From: an uncultured Nitrososphaerota archaeon
Lineage (GTDB): Archaea > Thermoproteota > Nitrososphaeria > Nitrososphaerales > Gagatemarchaeaceae
Length of the DNA: 64,000 bases
NCBI GenBank assembly: GCA_963838925.1
Contig: CAWISW010000003.1
Location: 256,001-320,000, forward strand
Direction of reading: 5' to 3'
Shown here: positions 56,245 through 64,000 of the stretch, one piece after another
How positions within the stretch are numbered: the first letter of the stretch is position 1
How the letters are laid out: the number at the start of each line of letters is the position of its first letter
The notes under the pieces: model-generated
Database searches by the model: none
Seen by the model: the letters and a program-made list of their open reading frames with translations, nothing else
Told to the model about the DNA's origin: nothing
Position numbers and translations under genes: made by a program

Positions 56245-56619
56245 ACGACAGAAGAAACACAAGGCAAGGACGAGGAGAGGTTCAAGGCGGCCATCGTGGC
56301 GACCATCCTTGACTCCAAGACCGAGAGGGCGATCGAGCTTCTTAGCGAGCACTACCACGTCGAGACACCCAAGCTCGGGGTCGGGGTGGTCAAGGGGCGC
56401 TCGAAGGGGGTCCTCGCGGTGTACTCCAGCGACCGCAAGGAGATCCTCGCCGTGAGCCAGGAGTACCTCTATGACCCCTTCGTCATGCTCCACGAGTTCT
56501 ACCACCACCTGCGCCAGTTCGCGGGCCATCACAGGGGCACGGAGAAGAACGCCGACAAGTTCGCGCTGGACTACATCGCCGCGTACAAGAGGCTGGCTTC
56601 GGGCCTCTCCAAGACCTAG
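56245..56619 (+). CDS. Small HExxH zinc metallopeptidase-like protein (start 56245 ACG or 56296 GTG)
   Basis: LHEFYHH...E..ADKFA. Confidence 0.75.
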   Translation, partial: TTEETQGKDEERFKAAIVATILDSKTERAIELLSEHYHVETPKLGVGVVKGRSKGVLAVYSSDRKEILAVSQEYLYDPFVMLHEFYHHLRQFAGHHRGTEKNADKFALDYIAAYKRLASGLSKT

Positions 56620-56699
56620 TAGCCCCGCTGCTACCTACCTCGCGAAATGCAACTGCTATCTATATAAGACGCCCGCTCTCCTTCTCAGAAAGGGTCCAA

Positions 56700-57338
56700 T
56701 TGCCCGACGCGCTTCCTAGGAACGATTACTCGCACAACCCTCAGTTCAGCGAGAGGGACGCTGAGGTGCTGAGGTTCCTGGGAGAAGAGGACCTTCTCGG
56801 ATTCACGTTCGAAGGCCTCAGGCGGAGGCTGGGCACCCACTCCGAGACGCTCTCCCGGATTCTGCACCGGCTCGAAGACCAGATGATACTCGAGAAGACG
56901 CCCGACGGATACCACGTGACCCACAAGGGCAAGGAGATGATCGGGGTCAAGCCCCTGTCCTCCGCGCGCCCTTCTGGGGCCGCACAGCACAGGGTCGCTA
57001 TCCTCCGCACCCTCCTGCCCTACGGCCGGGGATCGGGCGAGGTGGTCTCAGGCCTGAAGGGCCGATGGTTCGGGCCTCTCAGGTGGCTCGGGTACTCCGA
57101 GGACGAGAGGGGGACCACGATGAAGTGGGTGACGGAAGACGGCGCAGTCCAGATAGACGCCATCTTCTCAGAAGGGGAGCTCGCGATCGAGGGGAACGTC
57201 AGGGAGGGAAAGGACCTCACAGACGCGATAAAGGCCTCCTACCAGCTGGTGGGTCACCTGTCGCGCGTCAGCCCCGCGGGCGTGGAAGGGCGCGTCGCGT
57301 TCTTCTCTCTCGGCCCTTCCAGATTCGCGCACAACTGA
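56700..57338 (+). CDS. Winged-helix domain protein
   Basis: FEGLRRRLG.H.ETLSRIL.RL...Y.VT.KG; C-terminal G.WFG.LRW. Confidence 0.75.
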   Translation: MPDALPRNDYSHNPQFSERDAEVLRFLGEEDLLGFTFEGLRRRLGTHSETLSRILHRLEDQMILEKTPDGYHVTHKGKEMIGVKPLSSARPSGAAQHRVAILRTLLPYGRGSGEVVSGLKGRWFGPLRWLGYSEDERGTTMKWVTEDGAVQIDAIFSEGELAIEGNVREGKDLTDAIKASYQLVGHLSRVSPAGVEGRVAFFSLGPSRFAHN

Positions 57339-57430
57339 GGCGCCCAACGGCGCCTCCGATGTGACCGACTTCCCATATTCTCCATCAACAAGTATCCCCC
57401 CTTCTACAGTTCTGCAGTGAACAAGTCAGC

Positions 57431-58342
57431 TTGAGTCAAAATTCAATCGGAATACTGCAGACAATCTCCGGCGAGATCGAGCGGATCGCCGAGAGCTCGG
57501 GTCGCTCGGTCGTGAGCGTGGGCTCCGGCCACGGCAACGGCTCCGGTATCGCCTGGGACGAGCACACCGTCGTCACCGCGTTCCACGTGGTGAGGGGAGC
57601 CGACGAGGTGAGCGTGGGGACGCAAGACGGGAGGAAGCTCGCGGCGAAGGTCACCGGCCGTCTGAGGCGCTCGGACATCGCGGTCTTGACGGTCGAGGAG
57701 TCCCTCGCCCCCATCCAGAAGGGAGACTCCGACGGGCTGAAGGCGGGGCAGTTCGTCCTCGCCCTAGCTAACCCCTTCGCGTCACGCACCAGCGTCACCT
57801 CGGGCATCATCACGGGCGCCAACCGAAGCGTAGGCGGGTGGTGGGGGATGACCATCGAGGACGCGGTCATCACAGACGCACGAGTCAACCCCGGCTACTC
57901 CGGAGGCCCGCTGGTCGACGCGACAGGCCTACTGATCGGGATGAACGTCGCCTACATGTCAAAGAGAGGAATCGCGGTGCCCGTGAAAACCATATCGAAG
58001 GTCGTCGAAAGGCTCGCGACAGGCAAGCCGTTCAGAAGGGCATACATGGGGATAGCCTCGAACCCCGTGGCGCTCCCGGACGAGCTCTCCTCCGACCAGA
58101 AGGTGGGGCAGGACGCGGGAGTCATGGTGCTATCCGTCGAGGACGGCACCCCGGCGAAGAAGTCCGGCCTCGCATTCGGCGACGTGATACTGAGGTTCAA
58201 CGGGAAGAACGTCTCGAACTCGGACGACCTGACGAGCCTCTTGGGCGAGGAAGCGATAGACCAGAAGGCGAATCTCTCGGTCCTCAGGGGCGGGAACGTG
58301 GTGGAGTTGGAGATCACCCCCACCACGGGAAGGGAGGAGTAG
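57431..58342 (+). CDS. HtrA/DegP-type S1C serine protease with PDZ domain
   Basis: TAFHV, DIAVL, NPGYSGGPL, PA..SGL..GDVI. Confidence 0.9.
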   Translation: MSQNSIGILQTISGEIERIAESSGRSVVSVGSGHGNGSGIAWDEHTVVTAFHVVRGADEVSVGTQDGRKLAAKVTGRLRRSDIAVLTVEESLAPIQKGDSDGLKAGQFVLALANPFASRTSVTSGIITGANRSVGGWWGMTIEDAVITDARVNPGYSGGPLVDATGLLIGMNVAYMSKRGIAVPVKTISKVVERLATGKPFRRAYMGIASNPVALPDELSSDQKVGQDAGVMVLSVEDGTPAKKSGLAFGDVILRFNGKNVSNSDDLTSLLGEEAIDQKANLSVLRGGNVVELEITPTTGREE

Positions 58343-58419
58343 AGGCTTGGAGCCGAGGTCGCCTGAGAGACCGTCCATCCCAGAGCCTGGCCCTCCAGTA
58401 GGGCCTCCCTGGTAGATGG

Positions 58420-59394
58420 ATGGTGGAGAGAATGGGTCTAACAGAACTGGAAGACCGGATTACCGGCGCGGTCGAGAGGCTCAGCGAGAGCGTCGTCGGG
58501 ATCGACAGCACGCGGCTGACGAGGGACTACCGGTTCGGAGTCGTCCCCGTAGAAGGGCAAGGGTCGGGAGTGATCGTGGACCCAAGCGGGATCATCGTCA
58601 CGAACAACCACGTGATCGACGACGCCGCGAGGGTGCAGGTCAACCTCAAGGACGGCAGGACGTTCGTGGGCGAGGTGATAGGGACCGACCCGGCGACGGA
58701 CGTAGCCCTGGTGAAGGTCGACGCCGAAGGGCTGCCCTTCGCCACGCTGGGCGACTCCGAGAAGCTGAAGGTTGGCCAGATCGTCCTGGCCATCGGCAAC
58801 GCGCTGGGGCTTCCGGGCGCGCCTACAGTCTCGATGGGGCTGATCGGGGCACTAGGGAGACCTCTTCCCGGCACGGACTTCGTCGTCGAAGGGCTGATCC
58901 AGACCGACGCGGCCATCAACCCGGGGAACAGTGGCGGCCCGCTCGCCGACCTCGACGGCAAGGTCATCGGAATGAACACCGCAATGATCCCCTTCGCCCA
59001 GGGAATGGGCTTCGCCATCCCCTCGGAGACGATCAAGAGAATCATGGACCAGATCTCCCGCAACGGGAGGGTGGTGCGGCCTTGGATAGGCATCTCCGGG
59101 ATGGACGTCGACAAGTCGGTGGCCCGGAGGTACAGCCTTGCAGTCGAGCAGGGGGTGCTACTCGCCGAGGTCCTCCAGGAGGCTCCAGCGAGGGACGCCG
59201 GGCTGCGGGTCGGGGACATCCTGGTGAAGATCGGGGAGACCAAGGTCGAGTCGATGAAGGACCTGGTGGGCGCGCTGTCACACCTGGCGATAGGGGACGA
59301 GGTCCCTGTCCAGTTCGTGAGGAACGGCACCAGCTACGAGACGAAGCTGCGCCTGAGGGAAGCGCCACAGAGGATAGTCGCTCGGCGACGGTGA
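58420..59394 (+). CDS. HtrA/DegP-type S1C serine protease with PDZ domain
   Basis: TNNHV, DVALVK, QTDAAINPGNSGGPL, PDZ. Confidence 0.93.
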   Translation: MVERMGLTELEDRITGAVERLSESVVGIDSTRLTRDYRFGVVPVEGQGSGVIVDPSGIIVTNNHVIDDAARVQVNLKDGRTFVGEVIGTDPATDVALVKVDAEGLPFATLGDSEKLKVGQIVLAIGNALGLPGAPTVSMGLIGALGRPLPGTDFVVEGLIQTDAAINPGNSGGPLADLDGKVIGMNTAMIPFAQGMGFAIPSETIKRIMDQISRNGRVVRPWIGISGMDVDKSVARRYSLAVEQGVLLAEVLQEAPARDAGLRVGDILVKIGETKVESMKDLVGALSHLAIGDEVPVQFVRNGTSYETKLRLREAPQRIVARRR

Positions 59395-59426
59395 GCCACG
59401 AGGCGGCCGGCCGGCTTGACAGCCGG

Positions 59427-59633
59427 CTAGCCCTTCGGCTTGGGCTTGCCCCTCCAGAGTCCGCCCACTATGAGCAACAGGCCCACGAAGAAGAACGCAA
59501 GCCCGTTCTCGACCCAGGTCGTGCTCTGAAACATAAGAGAGCCGCTAGGGCCGACTATACCCAGCCCTTGTAGCGTGAAGATCAACCCAGAAAGGGCCAC
59601 CAGAATCCCGGGGACCATGAAATAGAGCTTCAA
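59427..59633 (-). CDS. Small 2-TM membrane protein
   Basis: G.IFTLQG.G....S.M...TW..NG. Confidence 0.7.
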   Translation of the reverse strand: MKLYFMVPGILVALSGLIFTLQGLGIVGPSGSLMFQSTTWVENGLAFFFVGLLLIVGGLWRGKPKPKG

Positions 59634-59717
59634 GCTCTAACAACTTCCGCCCTCTCCGGCTAATAAATCAACCCCCAACCTTCATTTGGGTACCCACGAG
59701 CACCCAAGGAGAGCGCC

Positions 59718-60908
59718 ATGCAGTCGCACCCGAAGGCCAAAGGGCGGGTTTCCCCACGGGTGAGGCTGTTCACGGACTCTGTGATTCGGGACATGACCCG
59801 GCTCGCGGACCTCCACGGCGCGATAAACTTGGCCCAGGGTTTTCCGGACTTTCCCGCTCCGTCGGTCCTGAAAGCCGCGGCGTCGCGGGCTGTCAGAGAA
59901 GACTACAACCAGTATGAGATAACGTGGGGCTCGGCCGAGCTTAGAGCCGCCATCGCAGAGAAGGCGGCCAAGTTCAACGGCATAAAGGCAACGGGCGAGG
60001 ACAACGTGACGGTGACGTGCGGCGCTACCGAGGCGATGGTGGCGACGATGCTCGCGCTGACAGACTCCAACGACGAGGTGATAGTCCCGGAGCCGTTCTA
60101 CGAGTGCTACCTCCCCTCCGCGATTATCTCGGGCGCGAAGGTGCGCCACGTCAGGCTCTCGGAGCCCGGGTTCAAGTTCGACGAAGAGGAGCTGAAGCGC
60201 GCGTTCGAGGGCCGAGGCGGCGCGAGGCCGAAGGCCATCGTGATCAACACGCCGAACAACCCGACCGGGCGGGTCTTCTCTCGGAGCGAGCTCAAGCTGG
60301 TCGCCGACCTCTGCTCCGACAACGGTGTGCTCGCGATAACCGACGAGATCTACGAGCAGATCGTCTACGACGGGAGAAGGCACGTAAGCCTTGCGACCCT
60401 GGGAGACATGGCCGACTCCACGGTGACCATCTCGGGAGCCTCCAAGACGTACAGCGTGACAGGGTGGAGGATAGGCTACACCGTCGCCGAGAAGGGCCTC
60501 ACCGAGGCGATCAGGAAGGTGCACGACTTCCTCACGGTCTGCGCCCCCTCGCCCCTCCAGAGGGCTGCCCTCGCGGCGTACAGCCTAGACGCCTCCTACT
60601 ACTCGAACCTGACGAAGAGCTACACGAGGAAGCGCGACTACATGATGAGGTCACTCGGCGAGATGGGGTTCGAGTGCGCGAAGCCCGAGGGCGCGTACTA
60701 CGTCCTCGCCGACTTCAGCGCCCTCTGGAAGGGGGACGACGCGAGCTTCGCGCAGCACCTGGTCAAGGACGGCGGCGTCGCATCGGTACCGGCGTCGAGC
60801 TTCTTCGCCACAGCGGGCGTGGGCAAGAAGCAGGTGAGGCTCGCCTTCCCGAAGAAGGACAGGACGCTGAGAGACGCGGTCGAGAGGATGCGGAAGAGGC
60901 TCGGCTGA
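59718..60908 (+). CDS. PLP-dependent aminotransferase class I/II
   Basis: INLAQGFPDF, NTPNNPTG, DEIY, SKTYSVTGWRIGY. Confidence 0.93.
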   Translation: MQSHPKAKGRVSPRVRLFTDSVIRDMTRLADLHGAINLAQGFPDFPAPSVLKAAASRAVREDYNQYEITWGSAELRAAIAEKAAKFNGIKATGEDNVTVTCGATEAMVATMLALTDSNDEVIVPEPFYECYLPSAIISGAKVRHVRLSEPGFKFDEEELKRAFEGRGGARPKAIVINTPNNPTGRVFSRSELKLVADLCSDNGVLAITDEIYEQIVYDGRRHVSLATLGDMADSTVTISGASKTYSVTGWRIGYTVAEKGLTEAIRKVHDFLTVCAPSPLQRAALAAYSLDASYYSNLTKSYTRKRDYMMRSLGEMGFECAKPEGAYYVLADFSALWKGDDASFAQHLVKDGGVASVPASSFFATAGVGKKQVRLAFPKKDRTLRDAVERMRKRLG

Positions 60909-60915
60909 ATGTGAG

Positions 60916-61006
60916 CGGGCCCGGCAAGATTTGAACTCGCGACCCCTGGCTCTCTTCCATCGCTAGATAGAAGGCCAGTGCTCTATCCATTCTGAGCTAC
61001 GGGCCC
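60916..61006 (-). tRNA. tRNA-Arg(TCT) with a 16-nt canonical 37/38 intron (60952-60967)
   Basis: GGGCCCG/CGGGCCC acceptor; CTGGC/GCCAG anticodon stem; TCT at 60971-69; CTTC/GAAG BHB helix. Confidence 0.92.
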
Positions 61007-61075
61007 GCAAGCATGCGCTTTGCGCATTCAACATAAGTGTTTTACCGACATGACGGAGAAACCTCGCAACTGAGC

Positions 61076-61507
61076 TCACTTCGACTTGCGCTTGAGAGCC
61101 TGATTGACGTCAAGGGCTAGTGCAAGGCGCTCCTCGTACTCTGCGTCCGTCAGCTCGCTGAACGGCTTGCTCTGGAGGTATTTGAGGCGCTCCTGTGCCA
61201 TCTGGGGCGTAAACGATTCTAGCTTCTTCTTCACGTCTTCCTTCGCCTCTTCAGAATCCGTCGTCTCTGGCGCCGCCTCGGGTGCCATCGATTCGAGCCT
61301 CAGCGATTCGACGACCTCCAGGCGCTTCCCCTTGGCCCACTTCTCTATCGTGCCTTTGAGGCTCGACCATTGTAGCACGTTCATGTTGTCGGGGAACTGG
61401 ACCGTCCTCTCTCCCTTGCCGTGGGTAGCGCCCGCGAACCTCGTCTCTTGCAGGTGCTTCTGAAGCTCCTCGGCCAGTTCTTCCGACGGTAGCTCGATCT
61501 CCCTCAA
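61076..61507 (-). CDS. Hypothetical protein
   Basis: 143-aa charged ORF with no recognised motif. Confidence 0.6.
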   Translation of the reverse strand: MREIELPSEELAEELQKHLQETRFAGATHGKGERTVQFPDNMNVLQWSSLKGTIEKWAKGKRLEVVESLRLESMAPEAAPETTDSEEAKEDVKKKLESFTPQMAQERLKYLQSKPFSELTDAEYEERLALALDVNQALKRKSK

Positions 61508-61731
61508 AGCCGCTCGCTATCCCCAATCTCGCAAATCCGTCCAGATATCCTTTCTCCTGACGATTTGGCTCCGGGTGACGGCAGCCTAGAACTGCGCTTG
61601 AACCTCCTCAGATTCTTCAACGAATCCGCATCCATGGAGCAAATTAATGTAATTCTCGCAATATCAGAGGAGAGAAGACCTAATTCTTTATTTCAAAGCC
61701 TTTTAATTAGTTTCGCGGAGGAAACGACAGC

Positions 61732-63093
61732 GTGCTAGCGCCCCAAGGACGGCTCTTCGGTACGAACGGCGTCCGATTCATCCCAGGGGTGACCGGCGAC
61801 ATGGGCTTCGCCCTGAAGCTCGCAGAGAGCATCGGGACGTACTTCTCCGAGGGCGAAATCCTCGTGGGAAGGGACGGCCGCCTGACGGGGCAGATGATGT
61901 TCTCCTCGGTGACCGCGGGGCTCATGAGCTCTGGAAGGAACATCGCCGAGTCGGACATCGTCCCCACTCCCGCCCTCCAGTTCGCCACGAAGGCCCTTGG
62001 CTACAGGGGCTCAGTGATGATAACCGCGTCGCACAACCCCGCCCAATACAACGGAGTAAAGGTGATGGGCCCCGACGGCGTGGAGGTCTCCAGGCTCGAC
62101 GAGCAGAAGATAGAGAAAATCTTCCACGATGGGACGGCAAACAAGGCCAACTGGAAGGACGTGGGCACGGCCAGGCCCGAGCCCTCGGTCATCAGGGCAT
62201 ACCTGAACGGCATCATCTCCAAGGTCAACGCGAAGCTGATCTCTGAGAGGAGGCTCACTGTGGTGGTCGACGCAGGGAACGGCGCACAGTCGCTTGCGGT
62301 CCCTTACCTCCTCGAGGCGCTGGGGTGCAAGGTCATTACAATCAACGCGATAATCGACGGCAGCTTCCCGGGGAGAGGCCCTGAGCCGACCCCGGAGAAC
62401 CTGAGGGACATGGTGGTCGCAGTGCGCGCCTCCAACGCCGACCTGGGCGTCGCCTACGACGGCGACGGTGACCGCTCCATCTTCTGCGACGAGGGCGGGA
62501 ACCTGTACTGGGGCGACCAGAGCGGGTCGCTCCTCGCGGACTATCTTCTCGAGAGGAACCCCAACTCCACCGTCGTCACGCCGGTCAGCTCGTCCCAGGT
62601 GATCGAGCTCGTCGCGAAGAGGCGCGGAGCGAAGGTCCTCCGGACGAGGGTAGGCAGCGTCGACGTTTCTAGGACGATAATCGAAAGGAAGGCTTTGATG
62701 GGCTTCGAGGAGAACGGAGGCGGCTTCTTCCCGTCCCACCTGCCGACCCGCGACGGCGGGATGACGACCGCGGTCATGCTCGAGGTCATGGCGACCCGGG
62801 CCGCCCCCCTGTCTAGGCTCATGTCGGCAGCCTTCCCCAAGTTCTTCCAGACGAAGACCAAGGTCCCTATCGACCCGAGCAGGGTCCGGGAGATAATGAG
62901 GACGATCGAGCGCCAGGGCAACGGCAAGGTGGAGAAGGTCGACGGGGTGAAGATCTGGGTCGACGAGAAGACGTGGGCGCTGATTCGCCCGAGCGGCACG
63001 GAGCCCATCGTCAGGGTCTTCGTGGAGTCGGAGACAAAGGAGAAGGCGGACTCGACCGCGAAGAAGTTCGTAAGGGCCGTAAAGGCAGCCTAG
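61732..63093 (+). CDS. Phosphoglucosamine mutase / phosphomannomutase family
   Basis: FGTNGVR, TASHNP, DGDGDR, GFEENGG, RPSGTEP. Confidence 0.92.
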   Translation: MLAPQGRLFGTNGVRFIPGVTGDMGFALKLAESIGTYFSEGEILVGRDGRLTGQMMFSSVTAGLMSSGRNIAESDIVPTPALQFATKALGYRGSVMITASHNPAQYNGVKVMGPDGVEVSRLDEQKIEKIFHDGTANKANWKDVGTARPEPSVIRAYLNGIISKVNAKLISERRLTVVVDAGNGAQSLAVPYLLEALGCKVITINAIIDGSFPGRGPEPTPENLRDMVVAVRASNADLGVAYDGDGDRSIFCDEGGNLYWGDQSGSLLADYLLERNPNSTVVTPVSSSQVIELVAKRRGAKVLRTRVGSVDVSRTIIERKALMGFEENGGGFFPSHLPTRDGGMTTAVMLEVMATRAAPLSRLMSAAFPKFFQTKTKVPIDPSRVREIMRTIERQGNGKVEKVDGVKIWVDEKTWALIRPSGTEPIVRVFVESETKEKADSTAKKFVRAVKAA

Positions 63094-63102
63094 CGGCTTC
63101 TG

Positions 63103-64000
63103 CTAGGGCTTGCTTCTGAAGTGGACCCATCCTTCCCTTCGCATCTTCCTCCCGTCTGGGAGGGCGACCCCCTTGAGGGTCTTAGCAGGGACGGTCTCGC
63201 CGATCACGCGTAGCTCGCACCCTTCGGAGCGCGCCTTTCTCTTCGCCTCATCGATCCGGCCTTTCCCAACCGTCCCGACGATCTCGTACTCCTCCCCGCC
63301 GTAGAGCGCGAGGTCCTCGGCGGAGAGAGAGTTGCTGGACGCGAACTCCTCCAGTCCTTCCGCGAAGGGCAACTCCCTCAGCCTTATCCCGACGCCGCTC
63401 ATCTCCGCGATGGTGTGCAAAGAAATCGAAAGCCCGTCGCTCGAGTCCATCGAGGACGACAGGCAATTCGAGAGGGCAATCCCCAGTCCCAGCCTGGGGC
63501 GCGGCATGCGCACCGACGAGACCGCCTCCCTCCTGAACTTCGGCTCCGCCTTCGCGCCTCTCATGAGTATCCCCAGCCCTGCGGAGGTCTGCCCGAACGG
63601 CCCGCTCGTCACCACGTACTCGCCAGGGGCGGCCCCAGTCCTCCTGACAATCCGCTTTGCGAACCCCACCATCATGCAGTCGACTATCAGGTCGTCGGCC
63701 TCGCTCGTGTCCCCGCCGACCAGCTTCAGCTCCCACTCCCGGGACGCCTCCAACAGACCCGAGGCCAGCTCGACCACCTTCCTTTCTCGTGCCCCCCGCG
63801 GGAGCCCCAACGAGACCATGAACGCGGTCGGGCGCACCCCCTTCGCGGCGAAGTCCGAGACGCACATTGCGACGGCCTTCCTCGAAGCCATCCTCCAGGA
63901 CATCCCGCGCGGCACGTCAGTCCGCGCGACCAGCATGTCGCACTTCAGGACGACGCTCTCGCCTTCCCTTCCCGGGGGGATCAGCGCGACGTCGTCGCCA
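63103..64000 (-). CDS. thiL: Thiamine-monophosphate kinase (5' end outside window)
   Basis: DDVA at the window edge, SDFAAKG, GGDT, DSSDGL, GGEEYE. Confidence 0.9.
   Translation of the reverse strand, partial: GDDVALIPPGREGESVVLKCDMLVARTDVPRGMSWRMASRKAVAMCVSDFAAKGVRPTAFMVSLGLPRGARERKVVELASGLLEASREWELKLVGGDTSEADDLIVDCMMVGFAKRIVRRTGAAPGEYVVTSGPFGQTSAGLGILMRGAKAEPKFRREAVSSVRMPRPRLGLGIALSNCLSSSMDSSDGLSISLHTIAEMSGVGIRLRELPFAEGLEEFASSNSLSAEDLALYGGEEYEIVGTVGKGRIDEAKRKARSEGCELRVIGETVPAKTLKGVALPDGRKMRREGWVHFRSKP

Noticed and set aside
1-64000. Many long antisense or alternate-frame ORFs in the track (e.g. 23538-24725, 27523-28494, 58416-59573, 60017-60934)
   Set aside because: Shadow ORFs of GC-rich real genes; Arg/Gly/Pro-rich with no motifs
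1-64000. CRISPR array, rRNA, integrase or transposase, att duplications of the tRNA 3' ends
   Set aside because: No regularly spaced repeats, recombinase motifs or tRNA-end duplications seen by eye

Overview
GC-rich archaeal chromosomal segment, almost certainly TACK and most likely a non-ammonia-oxidising Nitrososphaerota/Thaumarchaeota-type lineage. This is inferred from gene content: a Snf7/CdvB paralogue, Thaumarchaeota-like Pus10 and L10e, and BHB tRNA introns. Most of the window is core information-processing synteny (topA, aglB, nop10-aIF2a-S27e-L44e, PCNA-priS-GINS, TFS-rpoL-csl4-dph2-L10e, ksgA-DUF655-rpoF-L21e-pus10-SRP54, dph6, aIF5A, nob1, TFB, DRG) plus NAD salvage, gcvT/H, dinB, tandem HtrA, a phosphohexomutase and thiL. 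There are three intron-containing tRNAs: Ala-CGC with a 45/46 intron, His-GTG with two introns, and Arg-TCT. Several AT-richer inserts interrupt the core. One carries an EarA-like activator, a palindromic operator, a secreted G1 glutamic peptidase and a membrane partner. Another carries a decapitated tandem LAGLIDADG gene fused head-to-head to a broken secreted-protein gene. A third carries a membrane protein plus a PD-(D/E)XK toxin-like nuclease. Other highlights are two candidate structured ncRNAs, an OSTC/DC2-like OST subunit, two small Zn-finger genes missing from the ORF track, and up to three genes that appear to need ATA/ACG start codons. No CRISPR array, rRNA, transposase or integrase was seen. 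All calls come from motif recognition by eye; no searches were run.
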